From Sphingomonadales bacterium (GTDB taxonomy: Bacteria > Bacteroidota > Bacteroidia > UBA7662): a stretch of DNA of 64,000 nt. The notes under the pieces were generated by a model, which made no database searches, had not been told where the DNA came from, and saw only the letters and a program-made list of their open reading frames with translations. Shown here piece after piece: positions 58,308 to 64,000 of the stretch (positions are counted from its first letter, which is position 1; each line of letters starts with the position of its first letter). A program made the translations under genes and the position numbers. The DNA lies in the NCBI GenBank assembly GCA_016872215.1, contig VHAX01000003.1, positions 8,820 through 72,819 on the forward strand. The letters run 5' to 3'.

Positions 58308-59711
58308 ATGACGACAGAGGTTGCAGTAGTGGGATCAGGACCGGGGGGTTATGTAGCCGCCTTACGAGCGGCGCAATTGAGATTTAAGACTACCCTTATT
58401 GAAAAGTATCCAACTTTAGGCGGCACTTGCCTGAATGTTGGGTGCATACCCTCGAAAGCACTCCTCGATTCCTCAGAGCATGTCCATAATGCTCGCCATC
58501 GTTTTGGAGCCCATGGGATAAAATGTGGGGGTATAGAAGTCGATTTTGAGGTTATGATGAAACGCAAATCTGATGTGGTGCGTCAAAATGTGGAGGGGAT
58601 TCAGTACCTCATGAAAAAAAACAAAATTCAGGTTGTATATGGGCACGCATCCTTTCTCGATCCCCATACCTTGTCCATTAAGTCAAAATCCGGTGAAGCC
58701 CAACAGATTCAGGCACGAAACATCATAATCGCCACAGGTTCGAAACCCGCAGCGCCTCCCGGCGTTCAGATCGATAGGAAGCGAATCATCACATCCACTG
58801 AGGCGTTATCACTTCGTGTAATCCCCAAAAGCATGGTGGTCATTGGTGGCGGAGTCATCGGTATGGAATTGGGTTCGGTTTATGCCCGGTTGGGTACGCG
58901 AATTACGGTCATAGAATACGCAGATCGACTGATACCCGGCATGGACGAGTCCATGAGCCGCGAACTGCATAAAGTATTACAGCCCCTGGGAATGGAATTC
59001 TATTTTGCGCATAAAGTAACAGAGGTCACCACAAAAGGCCGTAAAACCCAGGTACGGTTTAGTCGGTTGAGCGATGGAATGGACCTTATGGTGGAAGCAG
59101 ACTACACATTGGTTTGTACAGGTCGACGCCCCTTCACCGATGGTCTAAACCTCAAGATTGCTGGAATAGAAGTCGACGAACTTGGCAGGATTCCGGTCAA
59201 TGAGCATCTTCAAACAGCCCAAAGCCATATCTACGCAATCGGAGATGTCGTTCGGGGCACTATGTTAGCCCACAAAGCAGAAGAGGAAGGTGTGTTTGTG
59301 GCCGAGGTATTGGCCGGACAAAAACCACACATCCACTACCACCTCATTCCCAATGTGGTGTACACCTGGCCCGAGGTGGCGTCGGTAGGATATACCGATC
59401 AAGAACTGAAAAGCCAGAATATTCCCTTCAAAACCGGACAATTTGCCTTCAAGGCCAGTGGACGGGCCCGGGCCTCCATGGATACCGATGGATTGGTGAA
59501 GGTTTATGCACACAAGGAAACCGACGAAATACTGGGGGTACACATGATAGGTCCACGTGTAGCCGATATGATTGCCGAGGCGGTGGTGGCCATGGAGTTC
59601 AGGGCGAGTGCAGAAGACATCGCTCGCATGAGTCACGCACACCCGACCTACACAGAAGTATTTAAAGAAGCCTGTTTGGCCGCAACCGCCAACCGGGCCC
59701 TGCATGCATGA
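58308..59711 (+). CDS. lpdA: Dihydrolipoamide dehydrogenase (E3)
   Basis: GSGPGGY, GGTCLNVGCIPSK, IGGGVIGME, YAIGD and HAHPTYTE. TATGTTTG promoter motif at 58288-58295. Confidence 0.97.
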   Translation: MTTEVAVVGSGPGGYVAALRAAQLRFKTTLIEKYPTLGGTCLNVGCIPSKALLDSSEHVHNARHRFGAHGIKCGGIEVDFEVMMKRKSDVVRQNVEGIQYLMKKNKIQVVYGHASFLDPHTLSIKSKSGEAQQIQARNIIIATGSKPAAPPGVQIDRKRIITSTEALSLRVIPKSMVVIGGGVIGMELGSVYARLGTRITVIEYADRLIPGMDESMSRELHKVLQPLGMEFYFAHKVTEVTTKGRKTQVRFSRLSDGMDLMVEADYTLVCTGRRPFTDGLNLKIAGIEVDELGRIPVNEHLQTAQSHIYAIGDVVRGTMLAHKAEEEGVFVAEVLAGQKPHIHYHLIPNVVYTWPEVASVGYTDQELKSQNIPFKTGQFAFKASGRARASMDTDGLVKVYAHKETDEILGVHMIGPRVADMIAEAVVAMEFRASAEDIARMSHAHPTYTEVFKEACLAATANRALHA

Positions 59712-60178
59712 GTCTAGTAGAGCCCAAACAAATTCAAAGCGCTGTGATGTCTTTCCCCTTTAATTATATATTACTTACTGATTTTTCAGAGGGTTCCAAA
59801 GTGGCGGCCGATTGGGCCGCGCACCAGATGGCCGAAAAGGGGGGGACCATGCATCTGCTGCATGCCCTTCTAATCCCAAGTGAGGGGCACGCCGTTTTGG
59901 TGAACTTACAGTCTAAATCGGAGAAAAATGCCCGGGATGATTTGCAAGATCAAAAAGCCGGATTGAGCCACTTGATGCCAGGATTACATGTCGAGTGCCA
60001 CCTTATCCACGCTCAGGCCCCCGTAGTTGTTAAACGATTGACTAAAAGTTTGGGCGATGTACCCCTTGTAATGGGTACCCAGAGCAGGTCGGGCGTTGAC
60101 GCTTTCTTGTTGGGCAATGCAAGCCATATAATGGCTGAGTATACCTCCGTTCCTCTGATATTAATTCCCAGTAAGTGA
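59708..60178 (+). CDS. Universal stress protein, N-terminal domain of a split tandem USP
   Basis: ILLTDFSEGS, LVMGTQSRSGVDAFLLGN and VPLILIP. Confidence 0.8.
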   Translation: MSLVEPKQIQSAVMSFPFNYILLTDFSEGSKVAADWAAHQMAEKGGTMHLLHALLIPSEGHAVLVNLQSKSEKNARDDLQDQKAGLSHLMPGLHVECHLIHAQAPVVVKRLTKSLGDVPLVMGTQSRSGVDAFLLGNASHIMAEYTSVPLILIPSK

Positions 60179-60570
60179 AACCTGGCTCAGTCGAACAATG
60201 TTTGTTGGCCGATGGGTTATTGGATTTGACTTCCACTGAGAGAATGCGCCGTATGCTCGATTCGTTGCAAGCTGATCAGAAACAGTTGCACATTTCGTTT
60301 GTAGATGAGTTTGGTTATGGCTCGGATAAACAGCAGATCAGCACGGCGTATGTCCTGCTCAAGAGCTTTGGCTTGTATGAACAGAATTTTGTGGTTCATC
60401 AGGCTGACGATACGGCTGACGGAATCCTTAAATATTTGTCGCAGCACCCTTTTGTCCTGCTTATTCTTCAGAAACGCATCTACAACTGGCTGGAGCGCTT
60501 GTTTGTGCCTTCGGTGGTTCGACAAATAAGCGCCCAAATGCCCATTCCCCTTTTGATCTTGCCCGACTAA
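60175..60570 (+). CDS. Universal stress protein, degenerate second domain (probably the frameshifted C-terminal half)
   Basis: LLADG, LHISFVD, ADGILKYL and WLERLFVPSVVRQISAQMPIPLLILP. Confidence 0.7.
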   Translation: MKPGSVEQCLLADGLLDLTSTERMRRMLDSLQADQKQLHISFVDEFGYGSDKQQISTAYVLLKSFGLYEQNFVVHQADDTADGILKYLSQHPFVLLILQKRIYNWLERLFVPSVVRQISAQMPIPLLILPD

Positions 60571-60643
60571 TGGGGTTCCTGACCGAAAATGGGGCGTCAA
60601 CAACACATATTGATTCCTTCGCAATATTAATATTGATGAACCT

Positions 60644-61159
60644 ATGAAAATTGCCCCAGGAACCGTTGCCGCCATAGCTGTGGAGATTACGGGAAGTTCC
60701 GCCGACGGAACGGAAAAGATTTTCCAGAAGCGCGATGAGCAGCATCCCTTTTATTTTCTGGTCGGACAGGTCGATATGATCCCGTTGCTGGAGGATGTTC
60801 TCATCGGTTTGTCGGCAGCTGATGTCTTCGAACTTGATGTGGCCATGGACCAGGCCTATGGACCCCACCGAGCAGAGCAAATGTCGGATTTGCCCATTGA
60901 TATCTTTAGGTTGCCCGACGGAGGCTTCGACTCAGCCCACGTGGCTCCGGGCAAATGGTTGAATCTGGAGGATGAACAGGGCCAAAGCCACAAAGCCCGT
61001 GTCGTTTCGGTTGGTGATATGTCTGTGCGTTTGGATTTTAACCACCCACTCGCAGGTTATGATCTGCATTGCAGCGGAGTGGTGGTTGATGTGCGAGCAG
61101 CCACGGCCGATGAGTGCGCCCACGGCCACGTACATGGTCCGGGTGGAGTATTTCATTGA
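60644..61159 (+). CDS. slyD: SlyD-like FKBP peptidyl-prolyl isomerase with short His-rich tail
   Basis: FLVGQVDMIPLLE, DQAYG, VRLDFNHPLAG and CAHGHVHGPGGVFH. Confidence 0.9.
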   Translation: MKIAPGTVAAIAVEITGSSADGTEKIFQKRDEQHPFYFLVGQVDMIPLLEDVLIGLSAADVFELDVAMDQAYGPHRAEQMSDLPIDIFRLPDGGFDSAHVAPGKWLNLEDEQGQSHKARVVSVGDMSVRLDFNHPLAGYDLHCSGVVVDVRAATADECAHGHVHGPGGVFH

Positions 61160-61174
61160 GCATTGATGTAAAAA

Positions 61175-63292
61175 ATGGTCATGAAATACGCTGCCCCCAC
61201 TATTTTTGCTTATTTAAAAGCTCTTCAAGCCCTAATCGTTTGCGGTGTTTGGGGTTGCTGCCCACCCGCGACCAAAGTTGGGCTATATTCATACCCTTTT
61301 TTGCGTAGTACTGGATTTGAGATCAGCGAACGGCATCAGGGGTTGGACAACTCGGTGCCTACTAATCATTTGCTTGCAAATCACGCATCTGCCAGTCATT
61401 TGCCCGCGAATCTTTCGTCCATGAATCTTTCGTCCATGAATCATTTGTCCATGAATCATGCGTCTGCGAATCATGCATCCGCCAGTCATTTGCCCGCTAA
61501 TCACTTGTCCGTGAGTCATATACCAGCACATCGTGTTCCTGTGAATCCAGAAGATGAGGTTGTTCCCGTACAGTATTCCCTGAGAATCCCCCAACCATCG
61601 GCACGCTACGCGGAGATTGAGATGCTCATTGACACGAGAACAAAAGATACAGTAGAGCTGGGTCTTCCCGTATGGGCACCAGGCTCGTATATGATCCGTG
61701 AATTCACCCGTAATGTGGACCGCTTTCAGGCCACCGACGCGGAAAGTGGGAGGCAATTGTCGTGGTGGAAGTGCCGCAAAAATGCCTGGCAGGTAAGCAC
61801 CGGCGGTGTAGAGCGCATTCAGGTACGCTACAGGGTGTATGCCAACGAATTCAGCGTACGCACGAGCTATATCGATCAGGATCAGGCCGCACTTTTGGGC
61901 AGTTCCGTTTTTATGTGGGTGGAAGGACAACAATCTCGTCCACACATCCTGTGCATTTCATTGCCCCAGGCTTGGAAACAGGCGGCCACCGCATTGGTCC
62001 CAGTTGCCACCGAAACCAAGCAGCCGACCTTTCGAGCAGCGCACTACGACGAGCTGGTTGATTGTCCAATTCAAATGGGCAACTTCCCCGAATTCACGTT
62101 CGAGGCAGAAGGAATTCCCCATCGGGTAGTGATGCCCGGGGCCGGGAAGTTTCCCCGCAACAAACTAGAGCAGGATATGAAGGCTATTGTGGAGTCCTGC
62201 ACCGAAATATTCGATCACCAGCCAAATCTTAATTACCTGTTCATCATTCAACACGCAGCCAAGGGTGGGGGTGGATTGGAACACGCCAACAGCACCACCC
62301 TGCAGACCCGTGAGGATGTCTACAATCAGCCAGAACGCTATACGGATTTTCTTGGCCTCGTGGCGCACGAGTATTTTCATCTGTGGAACGTGAAGCGTCT
62401 GAGGCCCGAAGCTCTGAATCCGTTTGACTACAACCGCGAGGTCTACACCCATCATCTTTGGTTTGCCGAGGGCATCACGAGCTACTACGACAATCTAATC
62501 CTTCGAAGGGCGGGCTTGTTGTCGACCGATAAATATCAAAAAACCCTTTTGGATGGCTTCAACGCCGTGCTGGGCAATCGCGGCGATCTGGAGCAGTCGC
62601 TCGCCGAATCCAGCTACGACGCCTGGATCAAATTCTATCTGCGCAATGAAAACAGCGGCAACACCACCGTTTCCTACTACAGAAAGGGGGCCATGTTGGG
62701 ATTTGTGTGTGACGCGGCGCTGTGGCATCGCAGTGGTGGGGAATTTGGATTAGACAGTGTTATGAAGTGGATGTATGGTCGATTTGCTCTGCAGGAGCAA
62801 AGGGGATTTACAGATAACGAAATCAGGGACGCATTCCGGATGCATCTGGGGTCGGAGGCCGATAGCCTGTGGGATCGATACGTCTACGGTCGGGAAGCAG
62901 TCGACTTTGCCCGATATGCCAATTATGCAGGACTCATACTCAAGGATACCCAGGATTACATGCGGAAGGCCTATTTTGGCGCAGCAGGAAACCGAAACCC
63001 CGATGGATGGGTGGTCACCAGCCTCTGGGAAGGCAGTACGGCCTGGAAAATGGGGATACAAACCGGCGATGTGCTTATGAAATGTGCCGGAAAAGAACCC
63101 GAATCCGACTGGATCCGAGATTTAAAACCAGGCGACGTTTTGAAAGTGGAGGGGAAGCGTGATGGAAAGAAAATCGAATTCAAGGGAATTCTCGAAAGCG
63201 CACCCTTCCCCCGCTTTATGTGGTTGCGTGATCCTGCGGTCAACCCGTTGCAGAAAAAGGTATATGAACGCCTGTTTCAGGAAGCATTTTAG
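61175..63292 (+). CDS. M61 glycyl aminopeptidase family with C-terminal PDZ domain and N-terminal pentapeptide repeats
   Basis: PVWAPGSY, YDELVDCP, GGGLEH, AHEYFHLWNVKR, EGITSYY and YYRKGA. Confidence 0.93.
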   Translation: MVMKYAAPTIFAYLKALQALIVCGVWGCCPPATKVGLYSYPFLRSTGFEISERHQGLDNSVPTNHLLANHASASHLPANLSSMNLSSMNHLSMNHASANHASASHLPANHLSVSHIPAHRVPVNPEDEVVPVQYSLRIPQPSARYAEIEMLIDTRTKDTVELGLPVWAPGSYMIREFTRNVDRFQATDAESGRQLSWWKCRKNAWQVSTGGVERIQVRYRVYANEFSVRTSYIDQDQAALLGSSVFMWVEGQQSRPHILCISLPQAWKQAATALVPVATETKQPTFRAAHYDELVDCPIQMGNFPEFTFEAEGIPHRVVMPGAGKFPRNKLEQDMKAIVESCTEIFDHQPNLNYLFIIQHAAKGGGGLEHANSTTLQTREDVYNQPERYTDFLGLVAHEYFHLWNVKRLRPEALNPFDYNREVYTHHLWFAEGITSYYDNLILRRAGLLSTDKYQKTLLDGFNAVLGNRGDLEQSLAESSYDAWIKFYLRNENSGNTTVSYYRKGAMLGFVCDAALWHRSGGEFGLDSVMKWMYGRFALQEQRGFTDNEIRDAFRMHLGSEADSLWDRYVYGREAVDFARYANYAGLILKDTQDYMRKAYFGAAGNRNPDGWVVTSLWEGSTAWKMGIQTGDVLMKCAGKEPESDWIRDLKPGDVLKVEGKRDGKKIEFKGILESAPFPRFMWLRDPAVNPLQKKVYERLFQEAF
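61364..61543 (+). repeat. 12 copies of a degenerate 15-bp in-frame tandem repeat
   Basis: NHLLA NHASA SHLPA NLSSM NLSSM NHLSM NHASA NHASA SHLPA NHLSV SHIPA HRVPV. Confidence 0.92.
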
Positions 63293-63319
63293 TCAGTTTC
63301 TTTGCTAAATTCAAGATTT

Positions 63320-64000
63320 ATGAGCCGAAAAATACGCCGTTTATCATTATTTCTCTGTTTGAAATGGGCAATCGTTGGATTTCCACTGGCCAGCGCACAA
63401 ACGCCAATATCCACTGATTCCCGAGGCAGCTTAGACCAGTTAGTGCCCCGGCAGCCCGATGAATTGATTCGCAGGCTGTTCGATTCATCACTTATGAACG
63501 GGCAATCATGGTCATTACTCACCTCCCTGTGTAAAGATGTTGGTCACCGCCTCACTGGCAGTGAAGGCGCAGCCAATGCCGTGATCCTAACCCGCAACCA
63601 GATGCTTCGCATGGGATACGATTCCGTTTGGTTGCAACCCGTGCAGGTGCCTGTTTGGAAACGAGGCGCGCCCGAACAGGCTCGATTGCTTATTTCAGCA
63701 CCTGCTCAGGGGAGAATTAAGAAAGAGTATCAAATCGAACTGGCCGTTTTGGCTCTGGGGGGATCCATGGCCACGCCAGAGGGTGGACTAAGGGCGGAGG
63801 TTGTTGAAGTGGGTAGCCTAGATGAATTAAAAAAAATGCCGGGTGATTGGATTAAAGGAAAGGTGGTGTTCATCAACCAGAAAATGGATGTTCGCTACAT
63901 CAATACCTTCGAATCCTATAGCCACTGCGCGTCGATTCGGGTTCAGGGTGCCGTAGAGGCCGCTCAAAAGGGGGCGCTCGCTGTTTTGGTGCGTTCCCTG
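63320..64000 (+). CDS. M28-family carboxypeptidase Q-like peptidase with PA domain (3' end outside window; absent from ORF track)
   Basis: Own translation gives an open frame from ATG 63320: signal peptide, LCKDVGHRLTGS, ALGGS, IKGKVVF and AAQKGALAVLVRS. Confidence 0.88.
   Translation, partial: MSRKIRRLSLFLCLKWAIVGFPLASAQTPISTDSRGSLDQLVPRQPDELIRRLFDSSLMNGQSWSLLTSLCKDVGHRLTGSEGAANAVILTRNQMLRMGYDSVWLQPVQVPVWKRGAPEQARLLISAPAQGRIKKEYQIELAVLALGGSMATPEGGLRAEVVEVGSLDELKKMPGDWIKGKVVFINQKMDVRYINTFESYSHCASIRVQGAVEAAQKGALAVLVRSL

Noticed and set aside
61364-61543. 15-bp repeats as a CRISPR array or MITE
   Set aside because: In-frame degenerate coding tandem repeat with no spacers or terminal inverted repeats.

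Overview
This is a 64 kb stretch of core chromosome from a Bacteroidota bacterium. The assignment rests on several T9SS C-terminal sorting domains, repeated TAnnTTTG (-7) promoter motifs, A-rich start regions without Shine-Dalgarno sites, and typical gene clusters (greA-HIT, rsfS-ftsH-LUD-lpxH, coaX-barrel-TPR-lptC-CBS-ppiD). It holds about 55 genes and one tRNA-Met. I saw no CRISPR array, integrase or transposase. The strongest candidate for an uncharacterised system is the opening module: TonB-dependent receptor, 1322-aa T9SS cargo with an atypical C-terminal tail, and a PorV/PorQ-like barrel. Other points of note are a decayed dxs pseudogene between intact neighbours, a 55-bp triplication of an ABC-permease start region that creates two overlapping uORFs, an unannotated out-of-frame LysM-like segment before uvrA, 12 His/Ser/Asn pentapeptide repeats in an M61 peptidase, a USP gene split by one base, and several apparently leaderless genes. 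Product calls come from motif recognition by eye, with no database searches.
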